NCBI GenBank assembly: GCA_000146045.2
Contig: BK006934.2
Coordinates: forward strand, 256,001 to 320,000
Length of the DNA stretch: 64,000 bases
Reading direction: 5' to 3'
Source: TPA_inf: Saccharomyces
Lineage: Eukaryota
A model generated the notes under the pieces. That model was given only the letters and a program-made list of their open reading frames with translations, was not told the DNA's origin and did no database searches. The position numbers were made by a program, and so were the translations under genes. Shown piece after piece: positions 46,761 to 58,725 of the stretch (position 1 is the stretch's first letter; each line of letters opens with the position of its first letter).

Positions 46761-49700
46761 ATGTCACTCACTGAGCAGATCGAGCAATTCGCCAGTAGGT
46801 TTCGCGATGATGATGCCACTCTACAATCGAGATATTCCACTCTATCGGAATTGTACGACATAATGGAATTACTGAATTCTCCTGAGGATTACCATTTTTT
46901 CTTACAAGCTGTGATACCTTTACTTCTAAACCAGCTAAAGGAAGTTCCTATTTCATATGATGCGCATTCACCGGAACAAAAGTTGAGAAACTCTATGCTT
47001 GATATTTTCAACAGGTGTCTCATGAACCAAACCTTTCAACCCTACGCAATGGAAGTGCTCGAGTTTTTACTTTCAGTACTACCAAAGGAAAACGAAGAAA
47101 ATGGGATATTATGTATGAAAGTGCTGACGACACTTTTCAAATCATTCAAATCAATACTACAGGACAAACTCGACTCCTTCATACGAATAATTATTCAGAT
47201 TTATAAAAATACACCAAACCTTATAAACCAGACGTTTTATGAAGCCGGGAAAGCAGAACAGGGTGATTTGGATTCACCAAAAGAACCACAGGCAGATGAA
47301 CTTCTCGATGAATTCTCCAAAAATGATGAAGAAAAGGACTTTCCATCGAAACAATCATCCACGGAGCCAAGGTTTGAAAACTCTACCTCATCAAACGGGT
47401 TGAGGTCATCTATGTTTTCCTTTAAAATCCTTTCTGAATGCCCTATTACAATGGTCACTTTATATTCGTCTTACAAGCAGTTGACTAGCACCTCGCTTCC
47501 GGAATTCACTCCTCTTATTATGAATCTATTGAATATACAAATTAAACAACAACAGGAAGCGAGAGAACAGGCGGAATCACGGGGAGAACATTTCACTTCT
47601 ATATCGACGGAGATTATCAACAGACCGGCTTACTGTGATTTTATATTAGCCCAGATCAAGGCCACGTCTTTCTTGGCTTACGTATTCATTAGAGGATACG
47701 CTCCTGAATTTTTGCAGGATTATGTGAATTTTGTTCCTGATTTAATCATAAGGCTTTTACAAGACTGCCCTTCTGAACTATCATCTGCTAGGAAGGAACT
47801 TTTGCATGCCACTAGACACATTCTATCTACAAACTACAAAAAGCTCTTTTTACCCAAATTGGACTATCTGTTTGACGAACGTATACTTATTGGTAACGGT
47901 TTTACTATGCATGAAACATTAAGGCCCCTGGCTTATAGTACTGTGGCAGATTTCATTCATAATATAAGATCTGAATTACAACTAAGTGAAATTGAAAAAA
48001 CAATAAAGATTTACACTGGATATCTATTGGATGAGTCATTAGCCTTAACTGTACAAATCATGAGTGCAAAATTGCTGCTTAATTTAGTTGAAAGAATATT
48101 AAAATTGGGAAAGGAGAACCCACAAGAGGCCCCTAGAGCAAAGAAATTGTTAATGATAATCATTGACTCATATATGAATAGATTTAAAACCTTAAACAGA
48201 CAGTACGATACAATAATGAAGTACTATGGAAGATACGAAACGCATAAGAAGGAGAAAGCAGAAAAGCTCAAAAACTCTATACAGGATAATGACAAAGAGA
48301 GTGAGGAATTTATGAGGAAGGTACTGGAACCATCCGATGACGACCATTTGATGCCACAGCCTAAAAAAGAAGATATCAATGATAGTCCCGATGTTGAAAT
48401 GACAGAATCTGACAAAGTGGTGAAGAATGACGTTGAAATGTTTGACATAAAAAACTACGCACCTATATTATTACTACCCACACCAACAAATGATCCCATC
48501 AAGGATGCTTTTTACTTATACAGAACTTTAATGTCTTTCTTAAAAACAATAATTCATGACTTAAAAGTCTTTAACCCACCTCCTAACGAATATACGGTTG
48601 CTAATCCTAAATTGTGGGCTTCTGTTTCTAGAGTTTTTTCATATGAGGAAGTCATTGTTTTCAAGGATTTATTTCACGAATGTATTATTGGTTTGAAATT
48701 TTTTAAAGATCATAATGAAAAATTATCTCCAGAAACAACAAAAAAACATTTTGATATATCAATGCCCAGCCTACCGGTCTCAGCCACCAAAGATGCTCGT
48801 GAGTTAATGGACTATTTGGCATTTATGTTTATGCAGATGGATAATGCCACTTTTAATGAAATAATTGAACAGGAACTGCCATTTGTCTATGAAAGAATGC
48901 TGGAGGATTCTGGGCTGCTACATGTCGCGCAATCCTTTTTAACAAGTGAAATAACCTCCCCAAATTTTGCTGGCATCCTTTTAAGATTCTTGAAAGGGAA
49001 ATTGAAAGATTTAGGAAACGTTGATTTTAACACTTCTAATGTCCTAATACGACTTTTCAAATTGTCCTTTATGTCCGTCAATCTTTTCCCCAATATCAAT
49101 GAGGTTGTTCTTCTTCCACACTTAAACGATCTAATTCTAAACTCCCTGAAATACTCAACTACAGCAGAAGAGCCTCTAGTATACTTTTATCTTATTAGAA
49201 CTCTTTTTAGAAGTATAGGTGGGGGCAGATTTGAAAACTTATATAGATCGATTAAGCCCATACTACAGGTGCTATTACAATCTTTAAACCAAATGATACT
49301 TACTGCACGATTGCCCCACGAGAGAGAACTTTATGTGGAATTATGCATCACTGTACCAGTTCGGTTAAGTGTGCTTGCTCCTTATTTGCCATTTTTGATG
49401 AAACCATTGGTATTTGCATTACAGCAATATCCTGATCTCGTTTCGCAGGGTTTAAGGACCTTAGAATTATGTATTGATAATTTGACCGCCGAGTATTTTG
49501 ATCCTATAATCGAACCGGTAATCGATGACGTTTCGAAGGCCTTGTTTAACCTTCTGCAACCTCAACCATTTAATCATGCTATCAGCCACAACGTAGTCAG
49601 AATACTGGGCAAATTAGGAGGTAGAAATCGTCAATTTTTAAAGCCACCAACGGACCTCACGGAAAAAACGGAACTAGACATTGATGCGATAGCAGATTTC

Positions 49701-52700
49701 AAAATCAATGGTATGCCGGAAGATGTACCGCTTTCTGTAACGCCAGGAATCCAGTCCGCTTTGAATATATTGCAAAGCTACAAAAGTGATATTCACTACA
49801 GGAAGAGTGCTTACAAGTATCTAACCTGTGTACTACTGTTAATGACAAAATCATCAGCAGAGTTTCCTACGAATTACACGGAACTGTTGAAGACAGCAGT
49901 GAATTCTATAAAGCTAGAGAGGATTGGAATAGAAAAAAACTTTGATTTGGAACCAACTGTAAATAAGAGAGATTATTCGAACCAAGAAAATTTGTTTTTG
50001 AGGTTACTGGAGAGCGTTTTTTACGCAACTTCGATAAAGGAACTAAAAGATGACGCAATGGACCTACTGAATAACCTTTTGGATCATTTCTGCCTATTAC
50101 AAGTAAACACTACGTTGCTTAATAAGAGAAACTATAATGGGACATTTAACATCGATCTAAAGAACCCAAACTTCATGCTAGATAGCTCATTGATTCTAGA
50201 TGCTATTCCCTTTGCCCTTTCGTACTACATTCCAGAAGTTCGTGAGGTGGGTGTTTTGGCGTACAAAAGAATATACGAAAAAAGTTGTCTGATATATGGG
50301 GAGGAACTAGCTTTAAGTCACTCCTTCATACCGGAATTAGCTAAACAGTTTATCCATTTGTGTTACGACGAAACATATTACAACAAAAGAGGCGGTGTCT
50401 TGGGTATAAAAGTTCTCATTGATAATGTTAAGTCGTCCTCAGTTTTCCTAAAAAAGTATCAGTATAACCTAGCCAATGGTCTATTATTTGTGCTGAAGGA
50501 CACTCAGAGCGAGGCCCCATCTGCTATAACAGATAGCGCTGAGAAATTACTAATAGATCTATTAAGTATTACGTTCGCGGATGTAAAAGAAGAGGATTTG
50601 GGTAACAAAGTCTTGGAGAACACACTGACGGACATAGTATGCGAATTAAGTAATGCAAATCCTAAGGTAAGAAATGCCTGCCAGAAGTCCTTACATACAA
50701 TTTCAAACCTCACTGGAATTCCTATAGTAAAATTGATGGATCATTCCAAACAATTTCTTCTATCACCAATATTTGCAAAACCTTTAAGAGCATTACCTTT
50801 CACTATGCAAATCGGTAATGTCGATGCTATCACATTCTGTTTAAGTCTACCAAACACATTTCTAACATTTAATGAAGAACTGTTTAGGTTACTCCAAGAA
50901 TCTATTGTCTTGGCAGATGCAGAAGATGAATCACTATCCACCAATATCCAAAAGACAACCGAATATAGTACTTCCGAGCAATTAGTACAATTAAGAATAG
51001 CGTGCATAAAATTACTTGCGATTGCTCTTAAAAATGAAGAATTTGCCACAGCTCAACAAGGAAACATCAGAATTCGAATTCTAGCTGTTTTTTTCAAAAC
51101 AATGCTGAAAACTTCACCAGAAATTATTAATACTACATATGAAGCTTTGAAAGGTTCCTTAGCAGAAAACTCTAAATTGCCGAAAGAATTACTTCAGAAC
51201 GGATTAAAACCTCTTTTAATGAATTTATCTGACCACCAAAAGCTGACGGTCCCTGGTCTGGATGCTTTATCGAAGCTTCTCGAGTTATTGATTGCATACT
51301 TTAAAGTAGAAATCGGAAGAAAGTTGTTAGATCACCTCACGGCATGGTGCCGTGTTGAAGTTCTTGACACATTATTTGGCCAAGATTTAGCAGAGCAGAT
51401 GCCAACTAAAATAATAGTAAGCATTATTAATATATTTCATCTACTGCCACCACAAGCTGATATGTTTTTAAATGATTTGTTGCTCAAAGTTATGCTTCTA
51501 GAGAGAAAACTACGTCTTCAACTGGATTCTCCATTTCGTACACCACTAGCGAGGTACCTGAACCGTTTCCATAACCCCGTAACAGAGTACTTCAAGAAAA
51601 ATATGACGTTAAGGCAATTAGTGCTTTTCATGTGCAATATTGTGCAAAGACCTGAAGCAAAGGAGCTGGCCGAAGATTTTGAGAAAGAACTCGACAACTT
51701 CTATGACTTTTACATTTCCAATATACCAAAAAACCAAGTACGTGTTGTTAGTTTTTTTACTAATATGGTTGATCTCTTTAATACAATGGTGATCACGAAT
51801 GGGGACGAATGGCTAAAGAAAAAAGGCAACATGATTTTGAAATTAAAAGATATGCTGAACTTGACATTAAAAACAATAAAGGAAAACTCGTTTTACATCG
51901 ACCATCTACAATTAAATCAAAGTATTGCAAAATTCCAAGCTCTTTACCTGCGTTTCACTGAATTATCCGAAAGGGATCAAAATCCTCTGCTCCTAGATTT
52001 CATTGATTTTTCTTTTTCAAATGGTATCAAAGCCTCATATTCCCTCAAGAAATTCATCTTCCATAATATAATAGCAAGTTCAAATAAAGAAAAGCAGAAT
52101 AACTTCATAAATGATGCAACACTTTTCGTTCTATCTGACAAATGTTTGGATGCTAGAATATTTGTACTTAAAAATGTCATAAATTCAACTTTGATTTATG
52201 AAGTGGCAACATCTGGATCTTTGAAAAGCTATCTTGTGGAGGATAAAAAACCTAAATGGTTAGAGTTACTCCACAATAAAATTTGGAAGAACTCAAATGC
52301 AATTTTAGCATATGACGTTCTAGACCATCATGATTTATTCCGTTTTGAACTCTTACAACTGTCAGCAATTTTCATTAAGGCAGATCCAGAAATTATAGCC
52401 GAGATAAAGAAAGATATAATAAAATTCTGCTGGAATTTCATAAAGCTCGAAGATACCCTTATCAAACAATCCGCGTACCTGGTTACATCATATTTCATAT
52501 CCAAGTTTGATTTCCCTATTAAAGTTGTCACCCAGGTTTTTGTTGCCCTATTACGTTCTTCTCATGTCGAAGCTAGGTACTTAGTTAAGCAATCGCTGGA
52601 CGTTCTCACCCCTGTTCTCCATGAACGTATGAACGCAGCTGGGACGCCCGATACCTGGATTAACTGGGTTAAAAGGGTAATGGTAGAAAATTCTTCTAGT

Positions 52701-55700
52701 CAGAACAACATTTTATACCAATTTTTGATAAGCCACCCTGATTTATTTTTCAATTCAAGAGATTTGTTCATATCAAATATTATTCATCATATGAATAAGA
52801 TAACGTTCATGTCAAATTCAAACTCTGATAGTCATACTTTAGCTATTGATTTGGCGTCATTAATTCTTTATTGGGAGAACAAGACCTTAGAAATTACGAA
52901 TGTAAATAATACCAAGACCGATTCCGACGGAGATGTTGTAATGTCCGATTCTAAAAGTGATATTAATCCAGTTGAGGCTGACACAACCGCAATAATTGTA
53001 GACGCTAATAACAACTCGCCTATATCTTTACATTTACGCGAGGCTTGTACGGCGTTTTTGATAAGATACGTGTGTGCAAGTAATCACCGTGCCATAGAAA
53101 CAGAACTAGGATTAAGAGCTATCAATATTTTATCAGAATTAATCTCAGATAAGCATTGGACAAACGTCAATGTTAAACTGGTTTACTTCGAGAAGTTTTT
53201 GATATTTCAAGATCTCGATTCCGAAAATATTCTTTACTACTGCATGAATGCTTTGGATGTGCTTTATGTATTCTTCAAAAATAAGACAAAAGAATGGATA
53301 ATGGAAAACTTACCTACCATTCAAAATCTTCTAGAAAAATGTATCAAATCTGATCATCACGATGTACAGGAAGCTCTGCAAAAAGTTTTGCAGGTAATAA
53401 TGAAGGCAATAAAAGCTCAGGGTGTATCAGTGATAATTGAAGAAGAAAGCCCTGGTAAGACATTTATCCAAATGTTAACCTCCGTGATAACTCAGGATCT
53501 TCAGGAAACCTCATCAGTTACAGCTGGTGTAACTCTAGCTTGGGTACTCTTCATGAACTTTCCGGATAACATCGTCCCATTATTAACGCCTTTGATGAAG
53601 ACGTTCAGTAAGTTATGCAAAGATCACTTAAGCATTTCACAACCGAAGGACGCCATGGCTCTGGAAGAGGCAAGGATTACGACGAAACTTTTAGAGAAAG
53701 TTTTATATATATTATCTTTGAAAGTCTCACTCTTGGGTGACTCCCGTCGTCCTTTCCTCTCCACTGTGGCACTTCTGATTGATCACTCCATGGATCAAAA
53801 TTTTTTGAGGAAAATTGTCAATATGTCCAGAAGCTGGATATTCAATACTGAAATTTTTCCAACTGTTAAAGAAAAAGCGGCTATATTAACGAAGATGCTG
53901 GCGTTTGAGATTAGAGGGGAACCTTCATTGTCAAAGCTATTCTACGAAATAGTCTTGAAACTATTTGATCAAGAACATTTTAATAACACAGAAATTACCG
54001 TTAGAATGGAACAACCTTTCCTCGTAGGAACGCGTGTTGAAGACATCGGTATAAGGAAAAGATTCATGACAATTTTGGATAATAGTTTGGAAAGAGATAT
54101 CAAAGAGAGACTATATTATGTTATACGGGACCAAAACTGGGAATTTATTGCTGATTATCCATGGTTAAATCAAGCTTTACAATTACTATATGGTTCTTTT
54201 AATAGAGAGAAGGAATTATCTTTAAAGAACATTTATTGTTTGTCTCCACCATCGATTTTACAAGAGTACCTCCCAGAAAATGCTGAAATGGTAACCGAAG
54301 TAAACGATCTGGAATTATCAAACTTTGTTAAAGGTCATATAGCTTCCATGCAAGGTTTATGTCGAATAATCTCTTCGGATTTCATCGATTCTTTGATTGA
54401 AATATTTTACCAAGATCCAAAAGCAATTCATAGAGCGTGGGTTACGTTATTTCCCCAGGTATACAAAAGTATTCCAAAGAATGAAAAATACGGGTTTGTT
54501 CGATCTATCATTACATTGCTTTCTAAACCTTATCATACCAGACAAATTTCCTCTAGGACAAATGTGATTAATATGCTATTGGACTCAATAAGTAAAATTG
54601 AATCGTTAGAATTACCCCCTCATTTGGTCAAATACTTGGCGATATCATACAACGCTTGGTATCAATCGATTAACATCTTGGAATCCATTCAAAGCAATAC
54701 TAGCATCGACAATACAAAAATTATCGAAGCCAACGAAGATGCGCTATTAGAACTATACGTCAATCTACAAGAAGAAGACATGTTTTATGGTCTTTGGAGA
54801 CGTAGAGCAAAATACACAGAGACTAACATTGGTTTATCATATGAACAAATTGGCCTTTGGGACAAAGCTCAACAACTTTATGAAGTGGCACAGGTCAAAG
54901 CTCGTAGTGGTGCCTTGCCCTACTCACAGTCTGAGTATGCACTATGGGAAGATAACTGGATACAGTGTGCTGAAAAATTACAACATTGGGACGTATTAAC
55001 TGAATTAGCGAAGCATGAAGGGTTCACGGACTTATTATTAGAATGTGGTTGGCGTGTTGCTGATTGGAACAGTGATCGTGATGCACTTGAGCAATCAGTA
55101 AAAAGCGTTATGGACGTTCCAACTCCACGAAGGCAAATGTTTAAGACCTTTTTGGCTCTTCAAAATTTCGCAGAAAGCAGAAAAGGAGATCAAGAAGTTA
55201 GAAAGCTATGCGATGAAGGAATACAATTAAGTCTAATAAAGTGGGTGTCTCTGCCAATTAGATATACACCAGCTCATAAGTGGCTATTACATGGGTTTCA
55301 ACAGTACATGGAATTTTTGGAAGCGACACAGATATATGCTAACTTGCATACAACAACAGTACAGAATCTGGATTCTAAAGCCCAAGAGATTAAGCGCATC
55401 TTGCAAGCTTGGAGAGACCGTCTACCAAACACATGGGATGATGTCAATATGTGGAATGACCTAGTAACATGGAGACAACATGCATTCCAGGTTATTAACA
55501 ACGCATATCTCCCATTAATACCGGCACTTCAACAATCAAACAGTAATAGCAATATTAATACTCATGCATATAGGGGATATCATGAAATTGCCTGGGTAAT
55601 CAACAGGTTTGCACATGTTGCAAGGAAGCACAACATGCCTGACGTGTGTATCAGTCAGCTGGCACGTATTTACACCCTACCGAATATAGAAATTCAGGAG

Positions 55701-57995
55701 GCTTTCCTAAAGTTAAGGGAGCAAGCTAAATGTCATTACCAAAACATGAACGAATTAACAACGGGTCTGGATGTTATTAGTAATACTAATTTGGTTTACT
55801 TTGGTACTGTCCAAAAAGCTGAATTCTTCACATTGAAGGGTATGTTTTTGTCTAAATTACGCGCATATGAAGAGGCAAATCAAGCCTTTGCAACAGCTGT
55901 TCAGATAGACTTGAACTTGGCTAAAGCATGGGCCCAATGGGGTTTCTTCAATGACCGTCGTTTGTCAGAAGAGCCAAACAACATTAGTTTTGCTAGTAAT
56001 GCAATAAGCTGTTATTTACAAGCCGCCGGCCTGTATAAGAACTCGAAGATTAGGGAGTTATTGTGCAGGATTTTATGGCTCATCAGTATAGATGATGCTT
56101 CGGGCATGCTCACAAACGCATTTGACTCCTTTAGAGGCGAAATACCCGTTTGGTACTGGATTACTTTCATTCCTCAACTATTAACCTCTCTATCACATAA
56201 GGAGGCCAATATGGTTCGTCATATCTTAATCAGAATTGCTAAAAGTTATCCTCAAGCTCTTCACTTCCAATTAAGAACGACAAAGGAAGATTTCGCCGTT
56301 ATCCAACGACAGACAATGGCTGTTATGGGGGATAAACCAGATACAAACGATCGGAATGGACGGCGCCAGCCTTGGGAATATTTACAAGAGTTAAACAATA
56401 TTCTAAAGACAGCTTATCCATTGTTGGCCTTATCCTTAGAGTCTCTTGTTGCCCAAATAAACGACCGTTTCAAATCTACTACTGACGAAGATCTTTTCAG
56501 GTTGATAAATGTCCTATTGATCGATGGAACGCTGAACTACAATCGCTTACCATTTCCTAGGAAAAATCCAAAACTTCCTGAAAATACAGAAAAAAATTTG
56601 GTCAAATTTTCTACAACTTTGTTGGCGCCTTATATAAGACCAAAGTTCAATGCCGACTTTATTGACAATAAACCGGATTACGAAACTTATATCAAGAGAT
56701 TACGTTACTGGCGAAGGAGGTTGGAAAACAAGCTTGATAGAGCATCAAAAAAAGAAAATCTAGAAGTATTATGTCCACATTTAAGCAACTTCCATCACCA
56801 AAAATTCGAGGATATTGAAATTCCTGGCCAGTATCTTTTGAACAAGGATAATAATGTTCACTTTATTAAAATTGCCAGATTTTTACCCACGGTCGATTTT
56901 GTTCGCGGAACACATTCTTCATATAGGCGTTTAATGATTCGGGGCCATGATGGCAGTGTACATTCATTTGCTGTTCAATATCCAGCTGTTCGCCATTCAA
57001 GAAGAGAAGAAAGGATGTTTCAATTGTACAGATTATTCAACAAGTCATTATCCAAGAATGTGGAAACAAGACGTCGCAGTATACAGTTCAATCTACCAAT
57101 AGCAATCCCGCTATCTCCACAAGTCCGTATCATGAATGATAGTGTTTCTTTTACTACCCTTCATGAAATTCACAATGAATTTTGCAAGAAAAAAGGATTT
57201 GACCCGGATGATATCCAAGATTTTATGGCAGATAAACTAAACGCAGCGCATGATGATGCTCTGCCTGCGCCAGATATGACCATATTGAAAGTTGAAATTT
57301 TCAATTCAATTCAAACAATGTTTGTACCATCAAATGTTTTAAAAGACCATTTTACCTCGTTGTTTACTCAATTTGAAGATTTCTGGTTATTCCGTAAACA
57401 ATTTGCGTCACAATACAGTTCGTTTGTCTTCATGTCTTACATGATGATGATCAATAACCGTACTCCTCACAAAATCCATGTTGACAAAACCTCTGGTAAT
57501 GTATTTACTTTAGAAATGTTACCCTCAAGATTTCCATATGAAAGGGTGAAACCATTGCTAAAGAATCATGACTTAAGTCTTCCACCAGATTCTCCGATAT
57601 TTCATAATAATGAACCAGTTCCATTCAGACTGACGCCTAATATTCAATCTTTGATAGGTGATTCTGCTTTAGAAGGTATATTTGCGGTAAATTTATTTAC
57701 CATATCACGTGCATTAATTGAACCTGATAATGAACTGAACACATACTTGGCCCTATTCATCCGTGACGAGATCATATCATGGTTTAGCAACCTTCACCGG
57801 CCAATCATTGAAAATCCACAGTTACGTGAGATGGTTCAAACCAACGTTGACCTAATTATTAGAAAGGTGGCACAATTGGGCCATTTGAATTCAACACCTA
57901 CAGTCACAACCCAGTTCATCCTAGACTGTATTGGCAGCGCTGTCAGTCCAAGAAACTTAGCAAGAACAGACGTGAACTTCATGCCATGGTTCTAG
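46761..57995 (+). CDS. TRA1: TRA1, the SAGA/NuA4 scaffold and a PIKK-family pseudokinase (3744 aa)
   Basis: The track ORF starts at TTG 46755. The ATG at 46761 gives MSLTEQIEQFASRFRDD... and 3744 aa. An uninterrupted 11.2-kb ORF with HEAT/FAT repeats, a PI3K-like domain and a FATC tail ending ...NFMPWF. Confidence 0.97.
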   Translation: MSLTEQIEQFASRFRDDDATLQSRYSTLSELYDIMELLNSPEDYHFFLQAVIPLLLNQLKEVPISYDAHSPEQKLRNSMLDIFNRCLMNQTFQPYAMEVLEFLLSVLPKENEENGILCMKVLTTLFKSFKSILQDKLDSFIRIIIQIYKNTPNLINQTFYEAGKAEQGDLDSPKEPQADELLDEFSKNDEEKDFPSKQSSTEPRFENSTSSNGLRSSMFSFKILSECPITMVTLYSSYKQLTSTSLPEFTPLIMNLLNIQIKQQQEAREQAESRGEHFTSISTEIINRPAYCDFILAQIKATSFLAYVFIRGYAPEFLQDYVNFVPDLIIRLLQDCPSELSSARKELLHATRHILSTNYKKLFLPKLDYLFDERILIGNGFTMHETLRPLAYSTVADFIHNIRSELQLSEIEKTIKIYTGYLLDESLALTVQIMSAKLLLNLVERILKLGKENPQEAPRAKKLLMIIIDSYMNRFKTLNRQYDTIMKYYGRYETHKKEKAEKLKNSIQDNDKESEEFMRKVLEPSDDDHLMPQPKKEDINDSPDVEMTESDKVVKNDVEMFDIKNYAPILLLPTPTNDPIKDAFYLYRTLMSFLKTIIHDLKVFNPPPNEYTVANPKLWASVSRVFSYEEVIVFKDLFHECIIGLKFFKDHNEKLSPETTKKHFDISMPSLPVSATKDARELMDYLAFMFMQMDNATFNEIIEQELPFVYERMLEDSGLLHVAQSFLTSEITSPNFAGILLRFLKGKLKDLGNVDFNTSNVLIRLFKLSFMSVNLFPNINEVVLLPHLNDLILNSLKYSTTAEEPLVYFYLIRTLFRSIGGGRFENLYRSIKPILQVLLQSLNQMILTARLPHERELYVELCITVPVRLSVLAPYLPFLMKPLVFALQQYPDLVSQGLRTLELCIDNLTAEYFDPIIEPVIDDVSKALFNLLQPQPFNHAISHNVVRILGKLGGRNRQFLKPPTDLTEKTELDIDAIADFKINGMPEDVPLSVTPGIQSALNILQSYKSDIHYRKSAYKYLTCVLLLMTKSSAEFPTNYTELLKTAVNSIKLERIGIEKNFDLEPTVNKRDYSNQENLFLRLLESVFYATSIKELKDDAMDLLNNLLDHFCLLQVNTTLLNKRNYNGTFNIDLKNPNFMLDSSLILDAIPFALSYYIPEVREVGVLAYKRIYEKSCLIYGEELALSHSFIPELAKQFIHLCYDETYYNKRGGVLGIKVLIDNVKSSSVFLKKYQYNLANGLLFVLKDTQSEAPSAITDSAEKLLIDLLSITFADVKEEDLGNKVLENTLTDIVCELSNANPKVRNACQKSLHTISNLTGIPIVKLMDHSKQFLLSPIFAKPLRALPFTMQIGNVDAITFCLSLPNTFLTFNEELFRLLQESIVLADAEDESLSTNIQKTTEYSTSEQLVQLRIACIKLLAIALKNEEFATAQQGNIRIRILAVFFKTMLKTSPEIINTTYEALKGSLAENSKLPKELLQNGLKPLLMNLSDHQKLTVPGLDALSKLLELLIAYFKVEIGRKLLDHLTAWCRVEVLDTLFGQDLAEQMPTKIIVSIINIFHLLPPQADMFLNDLLLKVMLLERKLRLQLDSPFRTPLARYLNRFHNPVTEYFKKNMTLRQLVLFMCNIVQRPEAKELAEDFEKELDNFYDFYISNIPKNQVRVVSFFTNMVDLFNTMVITNGDEWLKKKGNMILKLKDMLNLTLKTIKENSFYIDHLQLNQSIAKFQALYLRFTELSERDQNPLLLDFIDFSFSNGIKASYSLKKFIFHNIIASSNKEKQNNFINDATLFVLSDKCLDARIFVLKNVINSTLIYEVATSGSLKSYLVEDKKPKWLELLHNKIWKNSNAILAYDVLDHHDLFRFELLQLSAIFIKADPEIIAEIKKDIIKFCWNFIKLEDTLIKQSAYLVTSYFISKFDFPIKVVTQVFVALLRSSHVEARYLVKQSLDVLTPVLHERMNAAGTPDTWINWVKRVMVENSSSQNNILYQFLISHPDLFFNSRDLFISNIIHHMNKITFMSNSNSDSHTLAIDLASLILYWENKTLEITNVNNTKTDSDGDVVMSDSKSDINPVEADTTAIIVDANNNSPISLHLREACTAFLIRYVCASNHRAIETELGLRAINILSELISDKHWTNVNVKLVYFEKFLIFQDLDSENILYYCMNALDVLYVFFKNKTKEWIMENLPTIQNLLEKCIKSDHHDVQEALQKVLQVIMKAIKAQGVSVIIEEESPGKTFIQMLTSVITQDLQETSSVTAGVTLAWVLFMNFPDNIVPLLTPLMKTFSKLCKDHLSISQPKDAMALEEARITTKLLEKVLYILSLKVSLLGDSRRPFLSTVALLIDHSMDQNFLRKIVNMSRSWIFNTEIFPTVKEKAAILTKMLAFEIRGEPSLSKLFYEIVLKLFDQEHFNNTEITVRMEQPFLVGTRVEDIGIRKRFMTILDNSLERDIKERLYYVIRDQNWEFIADYPWLNQALQLLYGSFNREKELSLKNIYCLSPPSILQEYLPENAEMVTEVNDLELSNFVKGHIASMQGLCRIISSDFIDSLIEIFYQDPKAIHRAWVTLFPQVYKSIPKNEKYGFVRSIITLLSKPYHTRQISSRTNVINMLLDSISKIESLELPPHLVKYLAISYNAWYQSINILESIQSNTSIDNTKIIEANEDALLELYVNLQEEDMFYGLWRRRAKYTETNIGLSYEQIGLWDKAQQLYEVAQVKARSGALPYSQSEYALWEDNWIQCAEKLQHWDVLTELAKHEGFTDLLLECGWRVADWNSDRDALEQSVKSVMDVPTPRRQMFKTFLALQNFAESRKGDQEVRKLCDEGIQLSLIKWVSLPIRYTPAHKWLLHGFQQYMEFLEATQIYANLHTTTVQNLDSKAQEIKRILQAWRDRLPNTWDDVNMWNDLVTWRQHAFQVINNAYLPLIPALQQSNSNSNINTHAYRGYHEIAWVINRFAHVARKHNMPDVCISQLARIYTLPNIEIQEAFLKLREQAKCHYQNMNELTTGLDVISNTNLVYFGTVQKAEFFTLKGMFLSKLRAYEEANQAFATAVQIDLNLAKAWAQWGFFNDRRLSEEPNNISFASNAISCYLQAAGLYKNSKIRELLCRILWLISIDDASGMLTNAFDSFRGEIPVWYWITFIPQLLTSLSHKEANMVRHILIRIAKSYPQALHFQLRTTKEDFAVIQRQTMAVMGDKPDTNDRNGRRQPWEYLQELNNILKTAYPLLALSLESLVAQINDRFKSTTDEDLFRLINVLLIDGTLNYNRLPFPRKNPKLPENTEKNLVKFSTTLLAPYIRPKFNADFIDNKPDYETYIKRLRYWRRRLENKLDRASKKENLEVLCPHLSNFHHQKFEDIEIPGQYLLNKDNNVHFIKIARFLPTVDFVRGTHSSYRRLMIRGHDGSVHSFAVQYPAVRHSRREERMFQLYRLFNKSLSKNVETRRRSIQFNLPIAIPLSPQVRIMNDSVSFTTLHEIHNEFCKKKGFDPDDIQDFMADKLNAAHDDALPAPDMTILKVEIFNSIQTMFVPSNVLKDHFTSLFTQFEDFWLFRKQFASQYSSFVFMSYMMMINNRTPHKIHVDKTSGNVFTLEMLPSRFPYERVKPLLKNHDLSLPPDSPIFHNNEPVPFRLTPNIQSLIGDSALEGIFAVNLFTISRALIEPDNELNTYLALFIRDEIISWFSNLHRPIIENPQLREMVQTNVDLIIRKVAQLGHLNSTPTVTTQFILDCIGSAVSPRNLARTDVNFMPWF

Positions 57996-58115
57996 AGCTG
58001 ATACATGGGTTAGTTTCCGGCCTTTTCTCTGTATTTAATGAAGGTAGAGAAAGCCTCAAAAAATATGTACTATATAAAAAATTAAAATGTTTTACTTTTT
58101 ATTAAAGTTGCCTAA

Positions 58116-58673
58116 TCAAAATCCCAAAAAGTTGTATAATTTTTTTTCGAACTTGGAGAGAGGATTTGCCGAAACTTTAACACCATCTCGAATCCACACC
58201 CCGTATGAACCCATTAGGTTTGCCATCAAGATGTCAGTAAAAAGCCTATCTCCAACAACAGCAACCTCTTTTGGATTTGTTATGGTTTTGTTTCTATAAA
58301 AATAATCTAATATTTCGTTGTGACAACCTGGTTTCTTTGTAGAGTGCCGCAAAACAGGTATACCTGTCTTATCTTCCAAAAGTTTTGCTTGCGAATAGTC
58401 CTTATCAGAATTGGAACCGGCGGTATTGCTAACAATCAAGAGTGCTTTGTTAGAGTATTTCGACCTTAAGGTTTCCCAGTGTTGCAAGTAATCTGGCCAT
58501 ATTTTGTCATCATGAGGGAAGGCGATGCAGTTGTCCTTATCCAAGACCACGGCCTTTATAGAATCGTGGATTGGTATAGGAAGATCGTTAAAAGTGGGGA
58601 CAACTAGACTAGGCTTACACAGTGATGGGTTATAAAGCAACCGGAGCGTATTTAAGGTGCCACTGATGTTCAT
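58116..58673 (-). CDS. GEP4: GEP4, mitochondrial phosphatidylglycerophosphate phosphatase of the HAD family (185 aa)
   Basis: 185-aa ORF with a DxD-type HAD motif (VVLDKDNCI). Start ATG confirmed at 58673. Confidence 0.9.
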   Translation of the reverse strand: MNISGTLNTLRLLYNPSLCKPSLVVPTFNDLPIPIHDSIKAVVLDKDNCIAFPHDDKIWPDYLQHWETLRSKYSNKALLIVSNTAGSNSDKDYSQAKLLEDKTGIPVLRHSTKKPGCHNEILDYFYRNKTITNPKEVAVVGDRLFTDILMANLMGSYGVWIRDGVKVSANPLSKFEKKLYNFLGF

Positions 58674-58725
58674 GACTAGGTAGAGGAGACGATGTAATGT
58701 AACTGCCGCCTTTCAGTTTGGCCCC

